64,000 nt of DNA from Ignisphaera sp. GTDB lineage: Archaea > Thermoproteota > Thermoprotei_A > Sulfolobales > Ignisphaeraceae. This document shows positions 41,965-51,701 of the stretch, in pieces (position 1 is the stretch's first letter; every line of letters begins with the position of its first letter). The notes beneath the pieces are model-generated. The model was not told the DNA's origin, made no database searches, and saw nothing but the letters and a program-made list of their open reading frames with translations. The stretch spans positions 302,235 through 366,234 of the forward strand of contig JAWAXP010000001.1 of assembly GCA_038820005.1 (NCBI GenBank). The letters run 5' to 3'. Position numbers and translations under genes: made by a program.

Positions 41965-42882
41965 ATGTCTATAGCTGTTGTTGGAAGTATCCACGCGGAT
42001 TTCTATATAAAAACCTCCAAGTTTCCACAACCCGATGAAACAGTCATGGGAAAAGAATTTGCTATGTACCCTGGGGGTAAAGGTGCAAATCAAGCAGTTG
42101 GATGCGCTAAGCTTGGGAACAAAACGTATATGGTTGGAGCTGTGGGCGATGATTTTTTGGGAAAGATCTTAGTTGAGAACCTCGCCAGAAATAGTGTTTC
42201 AACAGATTACGTGTATATTGCAAAAGGTGTACACTCTGGCGTAGCGTTCATAATCCTTAACGAGGTAACGAAGGAGAATATGATACTTGTTGCTCCCGGA
42301 GCTGATGAAGCTATCATACCGGAATATGTTGAAAAAACGATGACAACTCTTTCATCGAAGGTAAAAGCTGTTTTAACGCAGTTAGAGATACCTCTCCAAA
42401 CAGTATACAAAGCCCTTGAAATAGGCAAAGAAATTGGTGCTATAACAATCCTCAACCCATCGCCTGTTAAACCAATTAACGCAGAGATACTGAGATTTGT
42501 CGATATAATAGTACCTAACAGAGTTGAACTTAATCAACTCACAGGTATTGAGATAGAAACAGAAGACGACGTATTTAGAGCTGGTGAAGTACTTCTATCC
42601 AAAGGCGTTAAAGTCGTTATAGCAACTCTTGGAGCCCGTGGAGCAGCCATAATAACCCACTCTAAAAAGAAAATTATTGAAGCATTTAAGGTAAAAATTG
42701 TTGATACTGTTGGGGCTGGTGATGCTTTTGCAGCTGGATTAGCAACGGCTTTAGTTGAAGGTAAAGACCTAGATGAAGCCGTTAGATTTGCAAACGCTGT
42801 AGCAGCTCTTAAAATTACTCGTATGGGGGCGCAAAGCGTCCCTAACCGTGAAGAGGTTGATAAATTCCTTGAAAGAATATAA
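41965..42882 (+). CDS. rbsK: Ribokinase (PfkB family)
   Basis: PGGKGANQA, QLEIP, LNPSP, PNRVE, DTVGAGDAF. Confidence 0.85.
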   Translation: MSIAVVGSIHADFYIKTSKFPQPDETVMGKEFAMYPGGKGANQAVGCAKLGNKTYMVGAVGDDFLGKILVENLARNSVSTDYVYIAKGVHSGVAFIILNEVTKENMILVAPGADEAIIPEYVEKTMTTLSSKVKAVLTQLEIPLQTVYKALEIGKEIGAITILNPSPVKPINAEILRFVDIIVPNRVELNQLTGIEIETEDDVFRAGEVLLSKGVKVVIATLGARGAAIITHSKKKIIEAFKVKIVDTVGAGDAFAAGLATALVEGKDLDEAVRFANAVAALKITRMGAQSVPNREEVDKFLERI

Positions 42883-42935
42883 CGAAGAACCATAACATTT
42901 TATTAAGTTACGATAATCAATGATTTATTTTATAG

Positions 42936-44444
42936 TTAAAAACTTTTACTTGTAACTAAGTCTAAGAACTTTGTGTATACATCATCATGTTCTTTCGTAT
43001 GCTTAGGTTCGAAGACTTTTATTGGATAAGAGTTTGCAACGTATTCTCTTAACTCCTTTAATGACCTGATTATGCCTAAGCCTGCAACCTGTAGAAGTAC
43101 GTTGCCTATTGATGTAGCTTCCTCGGGTCCTGCGTATACAACTTTATCTGTAAAATCTGCTGTAAGTTGATTTAAGAACCAATTTCTCGAGCCTCCTCCA
43201 AATATGTTTATGTGGGTAAGCTTTTTCCCAACAAGGTCTTCGGCTTGCTCAAATACAAGTCTATACTTTAACGCTAAGCTTTCGAAAAGTACTCTGAAAA
43301 CTTCACCTATACTTGAAGGCTTCTCTTGCTTCGTCTCTTCTATAAAGCTCATAATAGCTTCGATCATGTTTAGCGGCGCAACAAATCTATCGTCATCAGG
43401 GTCTACGAACGCTTTGAAAGGTTTCGCCTCTGAAGCCATCTTTAGAATCTCGTCATATGTTAACTGATATCCTTGTTCTGCTAGAACTCTTCTCGTTTCT
43501 TCAACTAGCCACATACCCTGTATATTTCTTAAGAAAGTTATGGTGTTGAAGGCTCCTCCTTCGTTAGTGAAGTTATAGTCTAGGGCTTTCTTATTTATTA
43601 AAGGCTCTTGAAGCTCTACCCCCACCAAAGACCATGTACCAGAACTTACATAACCACTTGTTTCCCCAACCATAGGACCTGCGGCAATTGCTGAAGCAGT
43701 ATCGTGAGTTGCTGGGGCTATTACCTCTATGTCTTTCGATACACCTAGTTCAATTGCAAGTTTGGGGTTTACCTTACCTAGTTTCGTTGTAGGCTCTATT
43801 ACCGGCGGAAAAATATGGGTGGGTATACCTAAGGTTTCTAGTATATCGTAAGCCCAGTTCTTAGCTCTAGGGTCTAAAAACTGTGTCGTTGTAGCTTCTG
43901 TAAACTCAGCAGCTATTGCTTCGCTTAGCCAATAATTGAATAGATCTGGAATCATTAGGAAAGTCCTTGCAGTTCTTAGTAGCGGATCACCTCTTTTAAC
44001 CATAGAGTATAGCTGAAATAACGTATTAATCCTTATGAACTGAATACCTGTTCTCTCATATATCTTCTCCTTAGTCACTAGCTTTAGAACATTATCAAGC
44101 ATGCCCTCAGTTCTTGGATCTCTGTAAGTGTGAGGATTACCAATAAGTTCTCCTTTTTCATCGAGAAGTGCAAAATCAATACCCCAGGTATCTACACCAA
44201 TAGAAGCAAGTTTATCCCCATATTTTTTGTAAGCAAGTTTTATAGCTTGTTTCATTTCATGCCATATCCTAAGAACATCCCAGTACAAGTTATCATTAAC
44301 TTTAACCATGTAATTAGGCCATCTGTAAAGCTCTTCAACTCTAACTCTTTTATCCTTCTCATTAACATATCCTATCATTGCACGACAGCTGCTAGCACCA
44401 AGATCAAAAGCAAGTACAACTATTTCGCTCAAGACTTGCACCAA
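42936..44444 (-). CDS. rhaB: Rhamnulokinase-family FGGY kinase (copy 2)
   Basis: AFDLGASS, GVDTWGIDF, ATHDTASA, SSGTWSLVG, NFTNEGG; clear paralogue of 9857-11359. Confidence 0.85.
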   Translation of the reverse strand: MVQVLSEIVVLAFDLGASSCRAMIGYVNEKDKRVRVEELYRWPNYMVKVNDNLYWDVLRIWHEMKQAIKLAYKKYGDKLASIGVDTWGIDFALLDEKGELIGNPHTYRDPRTEGMLDNVLKLVTKEKIYERTGIQFIRINTLFQLYSMVKRGDPLLRTARTFLMIPDLFNYWLSEAIAAEFTEATTTQFLDPRAKNWAYDILETLGIPTHIFPPVIEPTTKLGKVNPKLAIELGVSKDIEVIAPATHDTASAIAAGPMVGETSGYVSSGTWSLVGVELQEPLINKKALDYNFTNEGGAFNTITFLRNIQGMWLVEETRRVLAEQGYQLTYDEILKMASEAKPFKAFVDPDDDRFVAPLNMIEAIMSFIEETKQEKPSSIGEVFRVLFESLALKYRLVFEQAEDLVGKKLTHINIFGGGSRNWFLNQLTADFTDKVVYAGPEEATSIGNVLLQVAGLGIIRSLKELREYVANSYPIKVFEPKHTKEHDDVYTKFLDLVTSKSF

Positions 44445-44531
44445 TCTTTATCACAATAATTCAAAGATATAAACTTTTATACCAAGTGAGAGTATAAATT
44501 CATGTGGCAAGGTTAGTATTCGGCTAAGATC

Positions 44532-45554
44532 ATGTCGCGAATAAATCCATTCGTTGTATTTATAATAAAACGTTTTGCTATAATGATCATAACATTCTCC
44601 GTAGGTTTAACGCTAATATTCATGCTCCCAAGGCTTATACCAGGAAACCCATTAGCTACTTTGCTCTACTCGCTTGTTAGAGAAGCAGCTATAGATCCTG
44701 AGAAACTTAAAGCTGTAGAGAGGATGCTCCTCGAATACTTCAAATTCGATAGACCTATACATGAACAATATATACTTTACCTTCAAGGTATGGTTAGAGG
44801 AGATCTTGGTAGATCTATAATGTTTTTTCCTAGACCAGCTCTCGATGTAATTGCGGAGAATCTGCCATGGACTTTAGCCCTTCTGATGCCTGCTATAATA
44901 GCTTCATGGGTTGTTGGAAATTACTTAGGAGTTCTAGCGGCTATGAACCGTGGTAAAGCAGTAGATAAAGTTCTTCTCCCCATATTAGCTGTTCTTCAAG
45001 GTACACCACCGTACGTATTTGCAATGTACTTAGTGCTGATTTTTGGCGTATCATTAAAATTGTTGCCAACAGGAGGAAGTTGGTCTCCTACGCTTCGACC
45101 TAGTCTATCCCTGGTCTTCGTCTTGGATTACCTACGTCATTATATTCTTCCATTTACATCCATATTCCTAACATCGCTAGGTGGTTGGGGGCTAAGTATG
45201 AGGAATATATCTCTCCAAGAACTTGCATCAGATTACATGGACTATACGAGGGTTTTAGCTCTATCCCAGAAAAAAGTAGTAAAATACCTATTTAAATGCT
45301 CTGCATTACCTCAGGTAGTAGGTCTTGCTATAGTTCTTGGCTGGAGCGTTGCAGGCTCTGTTGTAACAGAAATAGTCTTTGGGTACCGAGGTGTAGGAAC
45401 TATGGTTTGGAGAGCAATACAATCTCAAGATTTCATGCTAATTCAAGGCTTCTTCATAATAATAATAGGTACAATAATATTAGCGAACTTCATTTCCGAG
45501 ATAATGTTCGCTGTAATAGATCCTAGGGTTAGGTACGCTTACGTGGGTGCATAG
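44532..45554 (+). CDS. ABC permease (DppB-like)
   Basis: LPRLIPGNP, GDLGRS, LPWT, EIVFGYRGVG, IDPRVR. Confidence 0.92.
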   Translation: MSRINPFVVFIIKRFAIMIITFSVGLTLIFMLPRLIPGNPLATLLYSLVREAAIDPEKLKAVERMLLEYFKFDRPIHEQYILYLQGMVRGDLGRSIMFFPRPALDVIAENLPWTLALLMPAIIASWVVGNYLGVLAAMNRGKAVDKVLLPILAVLQGTPPYVFAMYLVLIFGVSLKLLPTGGSWSPTLRPSLSLVFVLDYLRHYILPFTSIFLTSLGGWGLSMRNISLQELASDYMDYTRVLALSQKKVVKYLFKCSALPQVVGLAIVLGWSVAGSVVTEIVFGYRGVGTMVWRAIQSQDFMLIQGFFIIIIGTIILANFISEIMFAVIDPRVRYAYVGA

Positions 45555-46458
45555 TATGGTTCTCGCAAAAGCTTCTCTAGCCATAACCATACATCGTGGA
45601 ATAAAGGTTCCCGGTATTCTCAGGATAAGAAAGTTTGTCTTAGGCTTAACCATGTTCTTAACAATACTTGTAGCAGGGTTGGTGGGTCCGCTACTGTACA
45701 CAGTTGATCCAGGGGTTATGATAGATAGAAGGTATCTTCCACCAATGAGTAGAGGAATTTTAAAACAGGAAAACATATACCCCTTAGGAACAGATGCTTT
45801 AGGGAGGGATGTATTAGCTCAGTTTCTACATGGTATTCGAGGATCTTTGCTTGTTGGATCCGTAGCCGCAGGCATATCGCTGGTTCTAGCTATTTTCCTT
45901 GGAACTATAGCAGCGGTCTTTGGCGGTCTCATAGATAAGGTTATTCTTACGGTTTCGGAGATTTTCATTATAATTCCTGCAATGATACTTATGATGATCT
46001 TAGCAGCGTACTTAAGGGAAAGAAACCTATGGATTGTAGCTTTTGTAATAGGGATAACCTCGTGGGGTGGATGGGCTAGGGGGTTTAGATCTAGAACGTT
46101 AAGTATACTATCTTCGGACTTCATAAGCTTAGCTATGCTCTCGGGAGCTTCAAGATTTAGCATAATAGTTAAAGATATACTCCCCGTAATATCACCTTAC
46201 ATTCTTGCGGCTTTTGCAATGCTTTTCTCGTTCTCTATTATGTCAGAAGTAGGGTTAACTATCATAGGCGTGGGCATGACTAAAGATATAACTCTAGGCT
46301 TAGTTCTCTACATAGCTCAGCTTTACGCTAATATAACACAAGGTATTTGGTGGACTTTCGTACTTCCAACGATAACAATAATAGCTATATATCTATCTCT
46401 ATACATGATAGCTATATCGCTGGATGAGTACTTCTCACCGAAGTTCGCGACATCTTAA
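45547..46458 (+). CDS. ABC permease (DppC-like)
   Basis: YPLGTDALGRDV, SWGGWARGFR, IWWTFVLP. Confidence 0.92.
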   Translation: MHSMVLAKASLAITIHRGIKVPGILRIRKFVLGLTMFLTILVAGLVGPLLYTVDPGVMIDRRYLPPMSRGILKQENIYPLGTDALGRDVLAQFLHGIRGSLLVGSVAAGISLVLAIFLGTIAAVFGGLIDKVILTVSEIFIIIPAMILMMILAAYLRERNLWIVAFVIGITSWGGWARGFRSRTLSILSSDFISLAMLSGASRFSIIVKDILPVISPYILAAFAMLFSFSIMSEVGLTIIGVGMTKDITLGLVLYIAQLYANITQGIWWTFVLPTITIIAIYLSLYMIAISLDEYFSPKFATS

Positions 46459-46472
46459 CCCAAGGTGAGATT

Positions 46473-47459
46473 ATGGCTGTTCTAGAGGTTCAAGGATTAA
46501 AAGCTTACTATATGCTCAGAAGAGGAAGCATTAAAGCTGTTGACGGTGTAGATCTTGTAGTCGAAGATAAGAGCATAGTAGGTGTAGTTGGTGAATCAGG
46601 TTGCGGAAAATCCACTTTAGCAAGAGCCATAGCCTTAGATATTACGCCACCCTTAAAGCTTGTTGAAGGTAGGATAGTTATCGACGGTATAGAAATAACA
46701 AGGATGCCTTTAGATCAAGCTAGGAAAAAGATTGCAGGGGTTAGGGTAGCCTTAGTACCTCAAGCCGCTATGAACGCCATAGTTCCAACGGTTAAGATTA
46801 AGGATTATATCGCCGACATTATAACAGAGAAAAATAGAGATCTTACACGTAAGGAGGCAATAGATCTCGCTGTAAAAAGATTCGAAGAGCTTAATTTACC
46901 TATAGAAAGCTTAGAGAGGTATCCTTTTGAGCTTTCTGGTGGTATGAGGCAACGGGTATTAATAGCTTTAACAACATTATTAAACCCAGCTCTGTTGATA
47001 GCCGATGAACCTACGTCGGCCTTAGATGTTTCAACGCAAAAAATAGTATTAATAACAATATATAATGTATTCGTTAAAGGGCTTGTAAAAAGTATTCTAT
47101 TTATCTCACATGATATTGCAACTGTTAGACAGATTTCCGATAGAATTATTGTTATGTATGCTGGGAAAATAGTTGAAATAGGTTCAACAGAGGATGTTCT
47201 GCATAATCCGTTACATCCATACTCAAAAGCTTTAATGTATTCCATACTTACACCAGAGCTAGAGGTAAGAGGAAGAATTGAAAAAGTTGAATCCCTTATG
47301 CTTATAGGGGAACCACCTAGTTTAATTAATCCACCGCCGGGGTGTAGATTTCATCCCAGATGTCCATATGCAATGGATATATGTAGACGGGAAGAACCTA
47401 CTTTAATTGAGCTAGAGAAAAGAAGATTTGTCGCATGCTGGATTTACCTCAATAAGTGA
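46473..47459 (+). CDS. ABC ATPase (DppD-like)
   Basis: GESGCGKST, LSGGMRQR, PPPGCRFHPRCP. Confidence 0.93.
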   Translation: MAVLEVQGLKAYYMLRRGSIKAVDGVDLVVEDKSIVGVVGESGCGKSTLARAIALDITPPLKLVEGRIVIDGIEITRMPLDQARKKIAGVRVALVPQAAMNAIVPTVKIKDYIADIITEKNRDLTRKEAIDLAVKRFEELNLPIESLERYPFELSGGMRQRVLIALTTLLNPALLIADEPTSALDVSTQKIVLITIYNVFVKGLVKSILFISHDIATVRQISDRIIVMYAGKIVEIGSTEDVLHNPLHPYSKALMYSILTPELEVRGRIEKVESLMLIGEPPSLINPPPGCRFHPRCPYAMDICRREEPTLIELEKRRFVACWIYLNK

Positions 47460-48268
47460 TGCATATGGTTCTGCTTAGTGTTAGAAATCTAACTAAAGTC
47501 TATAGATCAGGTTTAATAAGGCATAAATCGATACTAGCTGTTGATAATGTTAGCTTTGATATAAAGGAAGGTGAAATACTATCACTTGTCGGCGAATCAG
47601 GTTCAGGTAAGACTACAACAGCAAGGATAATACTAAGGCTACTAAAACCCACAGCAGGATCCGTGATGTTTATGGGTAAAGATATATGGGACGAGCTTAG
47701 AACTAGAGAGGATCTTAAATGGTATTGGAGGCACGTAAATGGTGTTTTCCAGGATCCTTTCTCCTCCTTTAACCCAACCCATAGAATTAAAGATATCCTC
47801 TTAAGGGTGTTCAATTTATTTGATGAAAATTACGATAAAGATGCAAAGATGAAGCTCATTTATGAAGCTCTTCAAAGCGTTGGACTCATACCAGAAGAAG
47901 TAATAGAGAGAAGGCCTTTTGAGTTATCCGGAGGCATGAGGCAGAGAATACTTATCTCAAGGATTTTTCTTATAAAACCAAAACTTGTTTTAGCCGACGA
48001 ACCAACCAGCATGATAGATGCAACACTTAGGCTTGGGATACTTAAGCTATTCTTAAAGTTAAGGGATGAGTTAAAATCATCGATAATATTCATAACTCAC
48101 GATTTAGGGTTAGCAACATATGTAAGTGACAGAATACTCATAATGTATAAAGGAGGTATTGTGGAGGAGGGTTCACCTGAGGAAATACTTAAAAATCCAA
48201 GGCATGAATATACGCGAAATCTATTGGATTCGGTTCCAAAGCTGTACACATCATGGTTTAAGCGTTAA
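47456..48268 (+). CDS. ABC ATPase (DppF-like)
   Basis: GESGSGKTT, LSGGMRQR, LADEPTS. Confidence 0.93.
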   Translation: MMHMVLLSVRNLTKVYRSGLIRHKSILAVDNVSFDIKEGEILSLVGESGSGKTTTARIILRLLKPTAGSVMFMGKDIWDELRTREDLKWYWRHVNGVFQDPFSSFNPTHRIKDILLRVFNLFDENYDKDAKMKLIYEALQSVGLIPEEVIERRPFELSGGMRQRILISRIFLIKPKLVLADEPTSMIDATLRLGILKLFLKLRDELKSSIIFITHDLGLATYVSDRILIMYKGGIVEEGSPEEILKNPRHEYTRNLLDSVPKLYTSWFKR

Positions 48269-48385
48269 TGCATCACTAAATTCAATTCTTAACTTAATTT
48301 GTTCAGCTTTAGACAATCAGTTAAACATTAACATAAACACTTATAAAATAGTTAACATTATATACATCGAGTAGGGTGAATTCCT

Positions 48386-50452
48386 GTGAAAACTAAGATT
48401 GCTATATCTCTAGGGATTATTACCTTAGTTGTACTATTGCTTATGTCAATATTACCAATACACTTGCATGCCCAAGTACCCGGCTATCCAAGGGAAGAAA
48501 CAGCCATTATATCACAGCAGTGGGGTACACCTTCCGCATTTAACCCACTTATAGCGGGGAGATATGCTTGGGGCGTAGACATTCTAATGTATCCAAGACC
48601 CTTCGTCTACGGACCCTACTCTGATGACTTTATACCTTATCTTGCTACTAGTTTTAAATGGATAGATGCATATACTTTAGAATTAACAATCAAACCCGAT
48701 GCGTATTGGTGGGATGGCAACCCGATAAAGTCCTCCGATGTTGAATGGTCATTTGAAATTCATAAGATGTGTACAACTGCCAGTAGTTATATCTGGAATT
48801 ATCTAGAAGATGTTGTGGCTGTAGACGATTATACTGTTAGGATCCTTGTAAACAAAAACAATGTTAACTACTTCAGGCTAACCGACGTCTTAGTATGGCT
48901 TATATTGCCTAAGCATAGGTGGGAGGCTCTATATAAGGAAATGGGTTGCAAAATAGCTACAGAGTTTATGGATACAGAGTTTGATAAGATAGTTGGTGGA
49001 GGACCATATAGACCTGTTTACTGGGAAGGTGATACATGGGTCTATGAAAGAGTAGATAATTGGTGGGGTAAGAAGTACTTCGGACTTCCTGAACCTAGAT
49101 ACGTAATGCATATTGTACCTAAAAGCGATGAACAGGTAAGACTTGAGTGGTTACAAAACAATAGAGACCATATGTCACACTTCGTTGATAGACTATGGGA
49201 AATAATTAAAGCGGATCCTACTAAAGGTACATTCGATAATAAGAATTGCCCGCCATGTATGTTCGGCGGTAGCGTAGTGTTCTTCGCATTTAATCTAGAG
49301 AGATACCCCTTCAACGATATAAGGGTTAGAAAAGCTCTATACTACGTTATGCTTGCTAATAACATGGATGCTCTGAAGAAAGCATCTGAAGCAGCATTCT
49401 CGGGTTACCTAATGCCTCCACGTCTGTACCCCGTACCAATAATACCAATGCTAGAGAGAACTGAGAGATATTTGGCGACAGATCTTATTGAGGCATTCCT
49501 TAAAGAGGCTACAATAGAAAATGCTAAAAAGTTGCTTGATGAAGCAGGTATAATCGATAGAAATGGCGATGGAATTAGAGAACTACCAGACGGAAAAGAC
49601 TTCAAATTCTCGGTCATAGTGCCTGTGGGCTGGGTACCTGTAATAGGTTCTGCTACAGTATTTTCAGATATTTGGAGAAGAGAGCTAGGGGTAATTGCCG
49701 AGGTTCTGCAACTGGACTTTAGCGTAGTTTGGTCGAGGATTAGCCAAGGAGATTATGAAGCAACGTGGTGGTTGCATAGTACACGAATGGGGGCTTCTTC
49801 ACCGTGGATAAACTTCGATGTAGCTATGGATTCCAGGCTTCCTACAAATCCATGGAGTGGACCTATATCAAGGTACAAGAATCCTGTAGCCGATTGGATA
49901 CTAGACGAAATCGGTAGGACGTGGGATGAAGGAAGGAGGAAAGATCTATTCAGACTTCTGCAAGAAATATGGCTTAAGGATCTACCGTTCTTGATATTCG
50001 GACAAGATCCTCACTGGTATCAGTACTCAGAGAAATACTGGGTTGGATGGCCAAATACTGATAGGATACAGAAATATGGAGCATTCTATGCAACTAACTG
50101 GGATCCAGCATTTGTATTTGTACTATTCCAAGTTAAATCCTCTAAAGAAGTATCGCCGGGAGCAGATGTTGATACCGTACCGGAGTTCCTAAAGCCTCGA
50201 AATAGAATACCTGCATCGAAATTCTTTGAAGAACTAGAGAAAGTAGCCGTAGGGCCTATTACTGTTCCAGCAACAGTAACTATAACTATAACGGCGCCTG
50301 CGGTTACCCCTACAACAGTTACGGTAACAAAAGCCTTTACAACTACTACTACTACGGTTGAGCGTGTTACTGACTGGACTATGACTGCTGTATTAGCTGT
50401 TGTACTATTTGTTGTAGGATTTGCCATAAGCTGGTTTGTTAAGAAGAAGTAA
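48386..50452 (+). CDS. ABC solute-binding protein, family 5, oligosaccharide-type, C-terminal TM anchor
   Basis: YPREET, WGTPSAFNPL, WWDGNPI, DRNGDGIRELPDG, YWVGWP; Thr-rich linker, tail ending KKK. Confidence 0.9.
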   Translation: MKTKIAISLGIITLVVLLLMSILPIHLHAQVPGYPREETAIISQQWGTPSAFNPLIAGRYAWGVDILMYPRPFVYGPYSDDFIPYLATSFKWIDAYTLELTIKPDAYWWDGNPIKSSDVEWSFEIHKMCTTASSYIWNYLEDVVAVDDYTVRILVNKNNVNYFRLTDVLVWLILPKHRWEALYKEMGCKIATEFMDTEFDKIVGGGPYRPVYWEGDTWVYERVDNWWGKKYFGLPEPRYVMHIVPKSDEQVRLEWLQNNRDHMSHFVDRLWEIIKADPTKGTFDNKNCPPCMFGGSVVFFAFNLERYPFNDIRVRKALYYVMLANNMDALKKASEAAFSGYLMPPRLYPVPIIPMLERTERYLATDLIEAFLKEATIENAKKLLDEAGIIDRNGDGIRELPDGKDFKFSVIVPVGWVPVIGSATVFSDIWRRELGVIAEVLQLDFSVVWSRISQGDYEATWWLHSTRMGASSPWINFDVAMDSRLPTNPWSGPISRYKNPVADWILDEIGRTWDEGRRKDLFRLLQEIWLKDLPFLIFGQDPHWYQYSEKYWVGWPNTDRIQKYGAFYATNWDPAFVFVLFQVKSSKEVSPGADVDTVPEFLKPRNRIPASKFFEELEKVAVGPITVPATVTITITAPAVTPTTVTVTKAFTTTTTTVERVTDWTMTAVLAVVLFVVGFAISWFVKKK

Positions 50453-50623
50453 CTGCGAATAGTTAAGTAAACTAATTATTTTTAAATTAAATTAAAATTA
50501 GTTTCGATTAAGTGCTCTATCTATTGCATTTTTCATCATCGTAGATACTTTGGTATTTTGTATAGAATTATATAACAAAGATTTTTATATGAATAAGCTT
50601 AGATATGATGTTGGGGGGTAAAA

Positions 50624-51619
50624 ATGGCGTTACGATTTTCAACAGGGATATGGATTTTTGGTGCTGGGGTTGAGCGTTTTGCCCCTATGGGTTATAAACC
50701 AGCTAAACCAATTATTGAATTAATAGATGATGCAGCTAAAGTTGAAGACCTCCAAGGGTTAGAATTCCATTACCCTACGGAGGTTAATGAAGAAAACGTT
50801 AAAGCTGTTAAAGATGCGTTATCAAGTCATAAAATAGAAGCTGCTGCTGTAGCTCCGGTTCTTTCTCAGGAAGCTCAATGGGCTAGAGGAGCTTTATGCG
50901 CGTTAGATCCTGAGATTAGGAGGAAAGCTATAGAGAGATGCAAGAAGGCTGTAGACATTGCCCGCGAGCTTGGTGCTGAAATATTGATAATATGGCCTGG
51001 TAGAGAAGGCTTCGACTTTCCATTTACATCAGATTATAGAAAACTTTGGGGTAATTACATTTCGGCAATAAAAGAGGTAGCGGAGTACGGCTCAGACCTT
51101 AAGGTAGCGCTTGAGTATAAAATGGAGGATCCCTCTAGTTATCTGCTACATGGTTCAGCGGGAAGAACTTTAACAACCATCTTAGAACTTAGGATGGAGG
51201 GTGTAAAGAACGTAGGTGTAAATGTTGAATTTGCCCATGCAAAGTTAGCTAAAGAATACGTGCCCGAAACCATTGCCCTCATATCAAGGTATAATGCCCT
51301 GTATCATCTGCATTTAAACGATATATTTACAGAAGTAGATCTAGATCTATTTCCAGCGAGCGTCCACATTTTAGAGTTCGCAGAACTACTCTATTGGTTA
51401 CATGAACTAAACTACAGTGGTTGGTATGGGTTAGATCTTTTCCCAAGATATCTAGATGCAGCAGAAATGCTCAGGCAAAGCATATTCAACATAAAAGCTA
51501 TTGTTAAGGCATTAGAGAAGGTTGGTTGGGAGAAGATTAGGAGAACAATAGATGTTGCTGACCCTATAGAGTCCCAAAAACTGATTAGAGAAATACTTGG
51601 ATTATACCTCCAGCCTTGA
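50624..51619 (+). CDS. Xylose-isomerase-like TIM-barrel sugar isomerase (ApsI/RhaI-related)
   Basis: GIWIF..ERF..GY, WPGREGFDFPF, LEYK, EFAH, LND...DLD, LDLFP. Confidence 0.75.
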   Translation: MALRFSTGIWIFGAGVERFAPMGYKPAKPIIELIDDAAKVEDLQGLEFHYPTEVNEENVKAVKDALSSHKIEAAAVAPVLSQEAQWARGALCALDPEIRRKAIERCKKAVDIARELGAEILIIWPGREGFDFPFTSDYRKLWGNYISAIKEVAEYGSDLKVALEYKMEDPSSYLLHGSAGRTLTTILELRMEGVKNVGVNVEFAHAKLAKEYVPETIALISRYNALYHLHLNDIFTEVDLDLFPASVHILEFAELLYWLHELNYSGWYGLDLFPRYLDAAEMLRQSIFNIKAIVKALEKVGWEKIRRTIDVADPIESQKLIREILGLYLQP

Positions 51620-51701
51620 GATAGAATTATCTAATAAATCTTGTTCCCTATATGTAGTTAAATATTTATTTTTATTCCTTCATTTTTTCTAGGGGTTTTA
51701 G

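Noticed and set aside
50469-50504. 9-bp A/T-rich inverted repeat after the binding-protein gene
   Set aside because: Weak stem in AT-rich DNA; cannot be supported as a terminator
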